Translations under genes and position numbers: made by a program
In this document: piece after piece, positions 37,085-50,965 of the stretch
Numbering within the stretch: position 1 is the stretch's first letter
Layout: every line of letters begins with the position of its first letter
Notes under the pieces: generated by a model
The model's input: the letters and a program-made list of their open reading frames with translations, nothing else
What the model was told of the DNA's origin: nothing
Databases searched by the model: none
Origin: Chiloscyllium plagiosum
Lineage: Eukaryota
Direction of reading: 5' to 3'
Assembly (NCBI RefSeq): GCF_004010195.1
Contig: NC_057749.1
Span: 24,822,979-24,886,978 of the forward strand
DNA length: 64,000 nucleotides

Positions 37085-38650
37085 TGTTGGGTTAGTGAGT
37101 GAGTGTGTGAATGATTGGGTGAGGGACTCTGAGTGAGTGACTAAAGGGGTTAGTGAGTGTGTGAATGACTGGTTGAGAGGGTGGGTTTGTAGGAATGAGT
37201 GAATGGGTGAATGGGTGAGTGAGTGAATGAGTGAGGGTATCAGTGCGTAAGTCAATGAGTTAGTGAGCAAGGGGTTCAGTGAGTAAGCAAATGCGTTAGT
37301 GGGTGAGGAAGTCAGTGAGTGAGTGGAAGAGTTAGTGAGTGGAAGAGTTAGTGAGTGGGGGGTTCAGTGAGTGAGTGAATGAGTTAGTGAGTGAGGAGGT
37401 CAGTGAGTGAGTGGAAGAGTTATTNNNNNNNNNNNNNNNNNNNNNNNNNNNNNNNNNNNNNNNNNNNNNNNNNNNNNNNNNNNNNNNNNNNNNNNNNNNN
37501 NNNNNNNNNNNNNNNNNNNNNNNNNNNNNNNNNNNNNNNNNNNNNNNNNNNNNNNNNNNNNNNNNNNNNNNNNNNNNNNNNNNNNNNNNNNNNNNNNNNN
37601 NNNNNNNNNNNNNNNNNNNNNNNNNNNNNNNNNNNNNNNNNNNNNNNNNNNNNNNNNNNNNNNNNNNNNNNNNNNNNNNNNNNNNNNNNNNNNNNNNNNN
37701 NNNNNNNNNNNNNNNNNNNNNNNNNNNNNNNNNNNNNNNNNNNNNNNNNNNNNNNNNNNNNNNNNNNNNNNNNNNNNNNNNNNNNNNNNNNNNNNNNNNN
37801 NNNNNNNNNNNNNNNNNNNNNNNNNNNNNNNNNNNNNNNNNNNNNNNNNNNNNNNNNNNNNNNNNNNNNNNNNNNNNNNNNNNNNNNNNNNNNNNNNNNN
37901 NNNNNNNNNNNNNNNNNNNNNNNNNNNNNNNNNNNNNNNNNNNNNNNNNNNNNNNNNNNNNNNNNNNNNNNNNNNNNNNNNNNNNNNNNNNNNNNNNNNN
38001 NNNNNNNNNNNNNNNNNNNNNNNNNNNNNNNNNNNNNNNNNNNNNNNNNNNNNNNNNNNNNNNNNNNNNNNNNNNNNNNNNNNNNNNNNNNNNNNNNNNN
38101 NNNNNNNNNNNNNNNNNNNNNNNNNNNNNNNNNNNNNNNNNNNNNNNNNNNNNNNNNNNNNNNNNNNNNNNNNNNNNNNNNNNNNNNNNNNNNNNNNNNN
38201 NNNNNNNNNNNNNNNNNNNNNNNNNNNGTGAGTGAACGAGTTAGTGAGTGAGGATGTCAATGAATGAGTGAATGAGGGGATAAGTGAATGAGTTAGTGAG
38301 GGGTAAGTGAGTGAGTGAATGAGTTAATGAATAAGGAGGTCAATGAGTGAGTGAATGAGTTAGTGAGTGAGGAGGTCCGTGAGTGAGTGAATTTGTTAGT
38401 GAGTGAGGAGGTCAATGAGTGAGTGAACGAGTTAGTGAGTGAGGGGGTCAGTGAATGATTGAATGAGTTAGTGAGTGAGGAGGTAAGTGAGTGAGTGGAA
38501 GAATTAGTGAGTGAGGGGGTCAGTGAGTGAGTGAATTCGTTAGTGAGTGAGGGGTCAGTGAGTGAGTCCATGAGTTAGTGAGTGAGGAAGTCAATGAGTG
38601 AGCGAATGAGTTAGTGAGTGAGGGGTCAGTGAGTGAGTGGGGGTGAGTAA
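37085..38650. repeat. (GAGT)-based ~36-bp minisatellite spanning an assembly gap
   Basis: Units like GAGTGAGTGAATGAGTTAGTGAGTGAGGAGGTCAAT on both sides of the N run. Confidence 0.9.
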
Positions 38651-38923
38651 AGAAGATTATTTCTCACATTTATTTCTTTGGCAGGATACTTTCAGTCTAT
38701 GCTCAATCTGTTTCCAAATGGATCCCGGCCTCTGTGGAATTATTTTAATTTGTACCAAAATATACCCTGTCACACTTCTCTGCTGAAGTTTACCAGTCAC
38801 CTATCTGCCCACTCCCTCATATCAAAGTTTTCTTTTTGAGTTCTACACTGTCTTCCTCACAATTTACATCTCTTCTGTTTTGTGTCATCCCCTGCACACC
38901 AAGACTGAGATCATTGGGGTATG

Positions 38924-39154
38924 AGCTGAAAAATGTGTTGGTGGAAAAGCGCAGCAGGTCAGGCAGCATCCAAGGAGCAGGAGAATCGACGTTTCGGGCA
39001 TAAGCCCTTCTTCAGGAATTCTTCAGCCTGAAGGAGGACTTATGCCCGAAACCTCGATTCTCCTGTTCCTTCGATGCTGCCTGACCTGCTGCGCTTTTCC
39101 AGCAACACATTTTTCAGCTCTGATCTCCAGCATCTGCAGTCCTCACTTTCTCCT
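38924..39154. mobile_element. Penelope-derived inverted-repeat mini-element (family B)
   Basis: Palindrome. Minus-strand hammerhead AUUC-CUGAAGA-AGGGCUUAUGCCC-GAAACGUC-GAUU at 38984-39019. 16-bp flanking repeat AGATC(A/T)TTGGGGTATG (38908-38923 / 39155-39170). Confidence 0.85.
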
Positions 39155-42100
39155 AGATCTTTGGGGTATGTCAGGAAAAGCCAACATTCCAGTATTGATC
39201 CAATATTGAAACTGAATTTCCTTCAGCCTGAAAAATATCCATTGACGATTTCTCTCTGTTTCATGTCCCTCAGCCAATTTTGCATAAACAATGCTCTTTT
39301 GTTCCATCAGCAATAGCTTTCCTCACATGTTCATCATGTGACTCTATATCGCATGCTTTTAAACATCAATGTATATCACATCATCAATATTACATCATCA
39401 ATCTTCTCTAGAACCTTTCCAGAAAACTCCAGTAAGTTAGTTAGACACAACTTTCCTAATGAACCTACATTGTTCCATGTGACTATTAATTCAATATCAA
39501 ATGGTTATTTCTGGAAGATTCCCTACCACCAAAGATAAACTGACCAGTTTGTCATAATTTGGCCAAATTTATAATTTATAACCCTTTTCTGACCAGGTTT
39601 TAAGTTCAGTGACATAGGAGCTAGAATATTAAAGAGATCCAAATTTTGAGAGATGGGGTGTTCAGGTGGAGGGGCACCAATGGACAAATCATTTGATGCT
39701 TGGGATCACATCAGCTGGATCATGGGGGAAAAATGGCTCCGAAAACCAGGAAAGAGGTGACCATCAGAAGGCTGACTGTCAGCACAGACCGGGACGTAGA
39801 GGTGAAAATGATGACTGCACAGTGTAGGGAGATCCAGTCCTTATTGTTCTATCTTTATGATAGATTTCATGGACCTCACACTGAGAGCCAGACTGTGTGT
39901 GTGTGTGTGTGTGTGTGTTTGAGTCTGTGTGTGTCTGTGTGTCAATGTGTGTGTGTGTCTATATCTGTGAGTGCGTGTGTGTCTGTGTATGTTTCTCTGT
40001 GTGTCTCTGTATCTGTGTGCGTATGTGTCTGTGTCTGTGTGTGTATGTAATGCATATGTGTATGTATGTGTCTCTGTGTGTATGTTTGCGCGCGCATCTG
40101 TGTATGTTTGTACATGTGTGTGTGTGACTGGGTGCGTGTGTATGTGTGTACTTGTTTGCACGGGTGTGTGTGTGTGTGTGCGTGAGAGACTGTCTGCATG
40201 AAGGGTGAGGGTTAGGGATGATTGAAGGAAAAGAGAGTTACTGTCAGGAAGAGACTCAGGCATACATTCAGTGATCGGGACGTTCCTTACCGTGGTAAGT
40301 CCCTTTTTAGGTTATCAAAGCAACATTAAATTATCGGGAAGTTGGAGTTGGACCAATTTCTTGGACGTTTACCTCAGAGGGCTGGAGAGCTGCTGTTGGA
40401 GGTTCTCAGTTGGAATGATTATTTTCACTGAGAAAATGAAGTTCCAATGGTATTGAATCTTTAACAAGCCTGATCATCTAGCTCCCTTTTCCTTAGGTTC
40501 TTGTTATAATTGAGTAAGGGACTGGGAATACTAAAGACACCTGCCCCACGTTGGGGGATGCCTTCCAACTTTGCAGAGGCGAGTATGGACTCCCAAACAC
40601 ACCCTTTGTTACAGGACAGTTATCTGTTTTCACATTTGCGCGGTGAAATACTTGCTTTTTTTTTAACTATTGAGAATTGCAATGCAGATTAAAACGATCC
40701 CTGAATAAAGTGCAGCATGATTATTAGACAGAAAAGCTTGCAGCTTTATAATATTTTTCCTGATCACTGGATGCCTCAACAGTCTAAGATAGCAAAGAAC
40801 TTTTGGCTCCTCCAATACCTCAGGTTCCTCTGGTATTGGAGAAGCCAATTATAACCAGCAACCTTCCACAAGCGGGAGTGTAATGATGCTGGAGAATCTA
40901 TACTCTTTTTCGCTCATTAGGATCTTATACATCGACCTGATCCGGTAAGTGAGATACCTCAGTGCTGAACCCAATTATCCCCAGCATGAGCTTAGGGGAA
41001 GATATTCCCCTCTGATTGTTGCAGGAGAGGTGTTGTGGGATACCTTTTTTCAGGGAATGCTGTCCATTAAACAAACAAGAACAGAAATTGCTGGACAAAT
41101 TAACTCTCTTTCTCGATAGATGTTGCCTGGCCTGCTGAGATTTTGCAGTAATTCTGCTTTTGTGTGTTTAATGAAAAGCATTGCCCCCCCCCTAATTGTC
41201 CTGTGGGCATTTAGCAGTCAAGCACATTTCAGTGGTTCTGGTGTCACATGTAGGTAAGGAGAGCCGTTTCCTTCCCTGACGTTCCCTTCCCTCCTGATGC
41301 TGCCTGGCTTGCTGCGTTCTTCCAACCTTTTGGCTGTCTACTTTGGATTCCGGCATCTGCAGGTTTTTTGTCTCTAACATAAAGGGCATTCGAACCAAAT
41401 GGGCATTTCCTGACAATCAACAATGGATTCCTGGTCTTTATTAGACTCTTAATGTCAAAATTTTGTTTTGGAAATTAAGCTCAAATTCCACTATCTGCCA
41501 CGGTAAAATTTGAACCCAGATTCCTGCAACATTACCTGGGTCTCTAGATTAGCAGCCCCGTGAACATACCACCAGGCGATTGTCTATCTCTATGTTCCAC
41601 CATGTAATAGTGGAGAGAGGAATTCCTGTTAAACACACTCAGAATTAAGCTGATATTCCAAGCTGAGAGGTCAACACTCATGGTTACAATTTGTCAAAAG
41701 GTAATGTCCTGCACTGTCTAATGGCCAGTTAGGTGTTTCTGAAATACAGATGGGAGCTGTTTATGGAATCTATCCTCATTGTAGCAGACTCCGTGGGACT
41801 TGTCTGGGAAATTGAACTTACCGCTGGGAATCTCTCTGCTCTGGGAACCCTCCAAAAGTATCCGTTGAAGATGGAGAATTCGGAGGATTCCACTGCAGTT
41901 AAGTAAATAGTTACTCAGGGAAACCTGGTCTAACTCCTGAGTAGCTATCTATCAGACCCACCCTCCAATTTAACTCACATCATCTCAACTGCATCTCCCT
42001 AAGACACTCCTGAATCTGGCTGAAACTCCCACCTAGAGGCACGATATCCCACTCCCTCATACCCACCACCGCCTCTGAACCCCTTCTTCAGCTCAACACC

Positions 42101-43455
42101 CGATTTCTCCCTTTTCCCTGACATGATCCACCTGACCCAATTCACCCACCTCGGAATCTGATTCCAGTCCCAGACCTGACCTGTCCCACCCTAATTCTCC
42201 CATCCTCTGCCACAGTGATACAGCACCTCACGCCCGATACTCCGAATCCTCCCACACACATACACACACCTCCAGACCTGTGCCTCCCTTCCCCAGCTCT
42301 TGACCCAGTTCCTCTTCCCACTCCAGACCTAATTCCCCCATGCCTCTCGCCGGTCCTATTCCAGACCCAGTGCCCATTTTTCACCAACGCTAGAACCCAA
42401 TCCATCCCAGACCAAACAGCCTTCGAATCTACTTGATTCTCCTGAATTGGAACCAAAGTTAATGAATGCACAGCTATAAGCACCATTCTATTAATATCTT
42501 TCAATTAACACCACAACAGTGTGCAGTTATACAGTCATAGATTCATACAGCTGTACAGTACGGAACAGATCCTTCACTCCAACTTGTTCATGCCAACCAG
42601 ATTCCACATTGAACATCATCATCATATCTTTAACAGGGAAACCGTTTGCTTCCTTTGTGATGGATTCATCCAATTCCATCCAGGAAAAGGACCAAGCCTA
42701 TTCCCCGCATACACCTCCCAATGTGAGCAGTCTGTACTTCTGCTGCTGCTGCAGAGGAAGAGCCCACCTGTGAAGGTAAACACTGTAGATATCATTGTTC
42801 ATCCAGTTGAAAGTCTTCATATTAAATGGCCCAGAATCCTTAATGGATGTCACTTATGTTTAGGTTCGATTAGATTCCCTACAGTATGGAAAAAGGCCCT
42901 TCAGCCCAACAGGTCCACACCGACCCTCTGAAGAGTAACCCCCCCAGACCCATTCCTCTAACCTATATTTACCCCTGACTAATGCATGTATCCCTATGGG
43001 CAATTTAATATGGTACAATTCACCTGACCTGTACATTTGGGGAGGTGGGGACTGATATCTGAACCAGTTAGAGTCAGAGAGATGTACAGGACAGAAACAG
43101 TCCCTTCAGTTGCATACAATGCTTGCTGCTGGTTGGTGTGCTAATTGATGCCTCCGTTGCCACTTGGGTCACTCGCCCAGTCAGTCTTTAGATCCTTGGA
43201 GGTGTCTGGAGTGGGAAGACTGCCTGGAGGAGGACTTCCAGCGCCAGGCCTTCCCTGCTTGCCTGGCTTCAACTGGAGATGCAAACTGTCTTGTAGAGGG
43301 ATTCACACTCAACAATGGTGGCCTGACTGTGGAGAGTGGGCAACTCCACATTCTCACCTGAAAAGGCAATCTGATGTTATGATGATGTCGTATTGTAAAA
43401 ATTTCTTATCCTCCAAATTTTGCCCTTACTCAATAAAAGAAAGGCTGGCTTATTT

Positions 43456-43765
43456 GTGGGCGGCACGGTGGCACAGTGGTTAGCACTGCTGCCTCACAGC
43501 GCCGGAGACCTGGGTTCAATTCCCGCCTCAGGGCAACTGACTGTGTGGAGTTTGCACGTTCTCCCCGTGTCTGCGTGGGTTTCCTCCGGGTGCTCCAGTT
43601 TCCTCCCACAGTCCAAAGATGTGCAGGTAAGGTGAATTGGCCATGCTAAATTGCCCGTAGTGTTAGGTTAGGGGTATGGGTGGGTTGCGCTTTGGCGGGT
43701 CGGTGTGGACTTGTTGGGCCGAAGGGCCTGTTTCCACACTGTAATGTAATGTAATCTAATCTAAT
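43456..43765 (+). mobile_element. HE1 SINE, young subfamily
   Basis: Intact A/B boxes (TGGCACAGTGG, GGTTCAATTCC) and tail. Confidence 0.95.
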
Positions 43766-45154
43766 TGGGAGCCATTACTATCCTCTCCACAATTGTGTGG
43801 TAACTTCTCTAAGGACTCTATGCTGGTGCAAAGTCTCATGCAAATATGATAAGGCCAAATGTGATAGCTTGATAATAACACTCCAGCATTTCTGACTCTC
43901 TGGCCTCTGCCACCTTTTAGGGTTTGAGGTACTTATTTGTTCCAGATAATGTGCTTCTTATTGGGTTCAGTTAGTGTGATGCTTGGCAATTTAGAGTGCA
44001 CCCTCCAAATAAGTTCCCTGTGGATGTGACTAAAAAGGCTTCAATGGTGACCTGCAAACAATTACTGTAGGGCCAGCAGCATTATAGAATGCCCTATCGA
44101 AATAATATGGATTTCTGTCGTCCTAGCCACTGGTTTGATTTGTCTTCACTGATACAAGTCTTAGTTGATCAGTCCATATTAAGATGATAACACTATAAAA
44201 GGTATGAGCAGGATTAGGCCAGTCAGCACATTGGGTCTGTTCAATCATGGCTGATATATTTCTCAACCCCATTCTCCTGCCTTCTCCCCATGCCCTTTGA
44301 TTCCCTCACTAATCAAGGACCTATCTATCTCTGGCTTAAATATACTCAATAACCTGTCCTCCACAGTTTTCTATGGCACTGAATTCCAAAGATTCACCAC
44401 TCTCTGGCTGAAGATTTCCCTTCTTAACTCAGATGTGCAGGGTGTGCCTTCTCTCTTAGCCTGTGCCCTTGGGTCCAAGTCTCTCCTACATCATCATCTT
44501 CATATCCACTGTTACAAGGACTGTCAGTATTCTGTAAGTTTCAAAGAGATGCTTCCTCATTCTTCTACGCTCCATCAAGTACAGATCCAGAGTCCTCAAC
44601 TGCTTCTCACACACAAGCGCTTCATTCCTGGAATTATTCTCAAAACCCCTCCAGTACCAACATACCCTTTTTAAAATATGGGACCCAAAACTGCTCACAA
44701 AATTCTCAATGCGATCTGACTAGAATCTTATCCAAAGATGTGCAGGTTAGGTGAATTGGCCGTGCTAAATTGTCCATAATGTTAGGTGCATTAGTCAAGG
44801 GCAAATATAGGATAGGGGAATGGATCTGGGTGGGTTACTCTTCAGAGGGTCAGTGTGGACTTGTTGGGCCAAAGGGCCTGTTTCCATATTGTAGGGAACC
44901 TAATCTAATCTAATCAGTCCAACTCATCCATGCTGATCAGATATCCTAAATTAATCTAGTCCCATTTGCCAGCATTTGGCCCATATCCCTCTAAACTCTT
45001 GCTATTCATATACCCATCCAGATGCCTTTTAAATGTTGTAATCGTACCAGCCTCTATCATGTCCTCTGGCAGCTCATTCCATACACACACCAACATCTGC
45101 GTGAAAACGTTGTCCCTTAGGCAGTCACTTGCTCCCTGGTAAATACTGGAATAG

Positions 45155-45377
45155 TCAAAAAGTGTGGTGCTGGAAAAGCACAGCTGGTCGGGCAACATCC
45201 GAGGAACAGGAGAGTCGATGTTTCAGGCATAAGCCCTTCATCAGGACATGCCTAATGAAGAGCTTATATTCGAAACATCAACTCTACTGCTCTTGAATGC
45301 TGCCTTACCTGTTGTGCTTTTCCAACATCACACTTTTTGACTCTGATCTCCAACATTTGCAGACCTCACTCTCTCCC
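45155..45377. mobile_element. Penelope-derived inverted-repeat mini-element (family B)
   Basis: Palindrome with hammerhead-like cores; perfect 15-bp flanking repeat TAAATACTGGAATAG (45140-45154 / 45378-45392). Confidence 0.85.
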
Positions 45378-46914
45378 TAAATACTGGAATAGGCCATTGT
45401 TCCTGAAAGACTCTCTGGCCTTGTTTGTTTAAAACAAAAACTCTTCAAAAACAACCAGCACCCATATGCCACTATTTCGAAATCCACACTCCAATAAAAC
45501 GTTAACACACACATATAAATAAATGATACACCTTCAATTACAACGTGGCTTAACACCTTCTTCTCAAGGCAGTTATGGGTGGGAAATAAAGCCTGGACCT
45601 GCCCATGAAGCCTACATTCCTGAATGAATACGATTTTTTAAAAGAAGATGCTCAAGAAAATCTGCAGTTAATTAGTTCTATGTTTTGTGTTTTGTTTTGC
45701 TCAGCTCACCACTATCTTTGGGGCATTTTATGTATGGGCGATTCTCTTTATGAAACAGACAGGATTCACATTACAGAAACTAACATAATGTAGACAGTAG
45801 CTACCACTCATTAGATTGACCAGATCACTCGTACTGCACTGTATGTGTTTACAACTGAGAAGTCTTTGTTCTAATGGAAAACAGATGAAGGATCCAGAGA
45901 AATGAATCTGTGCTGTTTTACAAACGCAACCAAATTTGAACATAAATTGAGTTTCAAATTGTAAGAGTGTGCGTTATGTCCCAGGACTGTCAAAGATTAT
46001 GTTAAAAAAAAGAATCACCTGAGACAGATATGTGAGGTCATGTCAGTCTGCAAAAGCTTCTCAGGACTGTGTGGAGGCCATTCAGCCATCAAATCTGTTC
46101 AAACTTCCTATGAGATAAATAATTGCTACCTCAATTATACTGCAAAATTTTCGATCCTTGAGGGTGTGATTGTGACAAGGGTTTCTCATACAGAAGAGAT
46201 AAGTACTTTATGACATTAATCAGGGCTAGAGTGCTCTCCTGGAAGACATTAATCACTTGAAGTACTGAGGGACCAGAGATCTGGATTATTCCTGTTGTAT
46301 TCTTGTGAGTTCACAAGCTACCAATCTCACTGCATGGCTGGTAAACAACACAGTCTTTGTTGATTTGAAGATGTAGCACAGATTGGCTCATCAAGGGCCC
46401 TTGTGGCGCAGTGGTAGCATCCCATCTCTGAGTAGGTCACCTGGATTCAAGTGTCACACCTCCTCCAGAGATGTGTAACAACATCGCTGGATGGGTTAAT
46501 TAGAAAATATCCAAATTTGGTCCTTACACAGAGCGAGACATAACTATATATCTTTATACTCTCCTGCTCCAACCTTGACTGACAATGGCTGTTGGATTCA
46601 TGTGATCTACATCCTGGTTACTTGCTGAGGTACATGTCTCCAAGTGCTCTCATCTGCTTCTCTGCTAATTGGCCAGGCTTTTTAAAATTGGTTTGTTTGT
46701 TTGTTCTCCTCCCAGAAGATCATATCGTGAATGTGATTGGAAATGGAGTGATTTGAATTAACCTGTCATGGCACCCCTCCTGGTAAGGTGAGGACTAGAA
46801 CCTTCAAATTTCACTACCTGCTGTGATGGGATTTGAACACATGTATCCAGAGCATTAGCTTCTAGATTAGACACACACGCACGGACGTATGCAGATGTGC
46901 ACACGCATCATCAT

Positions 46915-47550
46915 CCATCATCGGTGCTCCCTCAGAGACGGGTGTGACTCTCTCCCACTCTCAGGGTGAGTCTGTAGGTGGCTGTACAGCCCAATGCAGC
47001 TACCCCAGGCTCTGTTACACTGGGGGCAGGTGGTGGTCACAGGAAGGGGGTGGGTGGGGCGTTGGTGTGGCACCGCACTCCTTTTGCTGTTTCCCCCGGA
47101 TTCCGCTTTTTCCCGATGGTGAGTCTCGAGGAACTCAACACCTTCCCAGATGCTCCTCCCCCACTTTGGGATGGTCTGGGGCCAGTGATTCCCAGGTGTC
47201 TGTGGGAATGCTGCACTTCCCCAGTGAGGCCTTGAGGGTATCCCTGAGGCCCTTCCTCTGTCCCATCTGGGGCTGGCCTGCTGTTCCGGAGCTGGGAGGA
47301 GGGCACCTGCTCAGGGAGCCTCGTGTCGGTCATGGGGACGACGTGCCCAGCCCATCGCAGCTGATCGAGGGAGGGGTCAGTGCCTCGATGGTGGGGACTT
47401 TGGCCTGGTCGAGGACTCTGGTGTTGGTGCGTCCCAGTGGATTGGCAGGATCTTGCTCAGGCAGCGTTGGTGGGACTGTTCCAGCACCTTGAGGTCCCTG
47501 CTGTAGACAGTCCACGTCTCAGAGCCATACAGGACGCTGGGAACTACCAC
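46915..47550 (-). mobile_element. RTE-clade LINE 3' fragment
   Basis: [49 protein letters not shown], a typical RTE RT C-terminus; (GAT)n-like tail. Confidence 0.85.
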
Positions 47551-49934
47551 ACACACACACACACACACAGACATACATGCACATGCACACACGCGACACA
47601 CATGCACACGCACACACGCAAGCACACATGCACACACACACTCACACGCATACACACATATGCACGTGTGCACACACAGACACATGCACATGCATGCACG
47701 TGTGTGCGTCCGCGCGCACACACACACACATATGTAGTCAGCAGGATATAGAATCATATAGCATTGAAACAGACCATAATCCCAAGCTAAAATAGTCTTG
47801 CCTGCTCCTGGCCAATATCCCTCCAAATATTTCCCATTCATGAACTTATCCAAATGTCTTTAAATCTTGTAACTATACCCACACCATCACTTGCTCTGAA
47901 ATTGAAGGTAGGTGAATGAGATCCCAGTGGGTTGTGTACATATTGTGATGTACACTTCCGTGGGAGAGGCTAGATGAGCCAATTCATACCAATCGCAACT
48001 CCTCACAAACAATAAAATATTCAGGGGAATGATGTGAGGCTCATGGAAACACTCCTTCAGAGAGTCAGTACAGGCACAGTGGGCCGAATGGCCTCCTTGA
48101 TTGCTGTGTGTATTTATGACGCCACTCTCCCAGGTGGTAATGTGAAGAAACTCCATCAAACCTGACTGGTAGTGGAATATCTCTCAGGCAGAAGGGACCG
48201 GAGTCCCAACAAAACCAGGAAACGCACCGTCAGCACTAAATCCAACACAGGGGCCTGACTGCAGGCTGCGGAACATCTAAGAATGTATGTAGCCAGTATG
48301 GGAGAAGGCCATTCAGCCCCTTCTATTTGCTCCACCATTCAATAAAATTGTGACTGAACTTTGACATCAATTCTACTTTCCTGACCTGTCCCATGATTCT
48401 GCTCAAGAATCTATCAATCCCAGTCTTGAATGTGCTCAGTGACTTGAGCACACCAATGCATATGGCCAAGTTACCTTATCAGTCTAGGTAGGATGTGAAC
48501 CAAAGACTCAGGTTAAATGTTTGCCAATCCTACTGCATCATTCCCTTAGGCCACCACTTCACTTTATCAGATGAGACTTCAATTGGTTGGGTGGAATCCA
48601 TGGTAATACATTTTGGCAACCTAAACTTTTTGTTTAAAAACAGCATTCAGTCACGAACCCTCTCTCCAGGCAATCTGGAATTGTGCTTGACTGGGACCAA
48701 ATGCTCAGTCAAACAGAGAGAAACAATGTAACACTGAAATACTCAAACTGTACATGTGCAAAGCACAATCTTCTCTATTTCAACACTCTTCAAATATGCA
48801 CACACACACAAACACACGCACCCAGTGTTGTACACAAGTGCACATACACATGCACACACATATATACACAGATGCACACAAACACTTGCCTGCACACATG
48901 CGCAAACTAAGCAGGGCAAATCTAACCCGGCCAATTACCGTCCCATCGGTCTACTCCCCATCATCAGTGAAGTGATCGAAGGTGTCACCAACAGCGCTGT
49001 CAAGCAGCACCTGCTCAGCAATAACCTGCTCAGTGACGCCCAGTTTGGGTTCTGCCAGGGCCACTCAGCTCCTGACCTCGTTACAGACTTCGTTCAAACA
49101 TGGATGAGAGAGCTGAATTCCAGAGGGGAGCTGGGAGTGACAGCCCCTGATATCATGCACTCACACATGCAAACACACATGCGCATGTATACGTGTATTT
49201 GCACACACATATGCACCCACTTATGCAGCACACATAATATGCACACACAAAGTTCATACATGCATACACGTGCAAACATACAGACAGCTATGCATGCACA
49301 CAATCACGCACACATGCATGAACATGCATGCATACACACAAGCATCCATGCACACACACACACACATACCTCCACATATTCATGCACACACATACACACA
49401 AACACACACACCATGTCTTGCATCTCCCTAAGATACTTTCTCCCAACACTGACTGTTGGGAGGCATCAGCCTTTACCGCTGGTGGCCTTGTACTCCCGAG
49501 TAAATCTTTCCCTCCTTGTAAAGTCATACTCATAGCTACCTATTGACCTTGGCATCTCACAGGGCACCTTCACCCCAACAGTCGCAAAGGACCATCCCTA
49601 ACCATCTCCTTGAAGCCAACTTTCCTCCCACCCCTTCCACCCACCAACCTATTTCAGCACTTCTTTCATCTGTACGCACTGTTGGAAACAATTGTCTTCC
49701 CAAGCCACATGTAGTTGCATGTTTAAGCTGCCTGCTGCCTAGTTTGGCAGCACTTCCACAGTCTGAGGTTGAACCAGACTGTTTGGAAGCTTGGCATTGA
49801 CTTCAACCTTAAATTTAAGGGCATGTTTAAAAGAATGAGTGAAGTGTTTTCTATTTGATGCTGAGGAGATGACAGAACATGGAATGCCAGACCAGAGACA
49901 GCAACAGCAGTTAAATCCACAACAGCTTTAAATA

Positions 49935-50870
49935 GTCACGGAGTAAAACAGCACAAAACAAACACTTCGGCCCAACTCTTCCAGGTTTCCCAAACTAAAC
50001 TAGTCCTATTTGCTGTGTTTGACCCATATCCCTCTAAACCTTTCCTATTCATGTGTCTAACCAAATGCTTTATAAACATTATAACTGTACTCACCTCTAC
50101 CACTTCCCCTGTCAGCTCACACCACCTTCTGCGTGAAACAGTTATCTCTCAGGTCCGTTTCAAATCTTTACCTTCTCCTTAAGTGCATTCATTCATTGAA
50201 AGTGGAGTCACAGGTAGACGGGGTAGTGAAGAAGGTGTTTGGTATGCTTGCCTCATTGGTCAGTGCATTGAGTATAGGAGTTGGGAGGTCATGTTGTGGC
50301 TCTCAAGGACATCAGTTCGGCCACTTTTGGAATACTCTGCAATTCTGGTCTCCCCGCTGTAGGAAGGATGTTGTGAAACTTGAAAGGGTTCAGAAAAAAC
50401 TTACAAGGATGTTGCCAGGGTTGGAGGGTTTGAGCTGCAAGGAGAGGCTGAATAGACTGGGGCTGTTTTCCCTGGAGCATCAGAGGCTGAGGGATAACCT
50501 TATAGAAGTTTATAAAATCATGAGGGGCATGGATAAGGTGAACAGTTAAGGTCTTTTCCCCAGTGAGAGGTGTCCAGAACTAGAGGGAATAGGTTTGAGG
50601 TGAGAGGGGAAAGATATAAAAGGGACCAAAGGGGGAACTGTTTCACACAGAGGGTGGTGCGTGTATGGAATGAGCTGCCAGAGGAAGTGGTGGAGGCTGG
50701 TACAATTACAATAGTTAAAATGCATCTGGTTAGGTACATGATTAGGAAGGGTTTGGAGGGATATGGGCCAAATGCTGGCAAATGGCAGATTAATTTAGGA
50801 TATCTGGTCAGCATGGACGAGTTGGACTGAATGGTCCATTTCTGTGTTGTACATCTCTCTGACTCTATGC
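49935..50870. mobile_element. Back-to-back CR1/HER1 3' fragments (- ~49935-50180; + ~50185-50870)
   Basis: Tails point outward; RT C-terminal motifs on the plus strand. Confidence 0.85.
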
Positions 50871-50965
50871 TCTCTAGTTTTGAACCAGAGAGGGAAATAG
50901 AAAAATATTTGAAAAGGAAACAACAATTAAAAGGGTACAGGGAATAGGAAAAGGAAATGGATGTA

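Noticed and set aside
40218..40294. In-frame TGA read as selenocysteine in the candidate spliced ORF
   Set aside because: No SECIS identified and no similarity to known selenoproteins.
41950..42420. C-rich low-complexity tract with Pro-rich ORFs
   Set aside because: Compositional bias only; no splice signals or domain.
43456..43530. tRNA genes at SINE heads
   Set aside because: tRNA-like A/B boxes continue directly into the HE1 core and LINE-derived tail; these are SINEs, not tRNAs.
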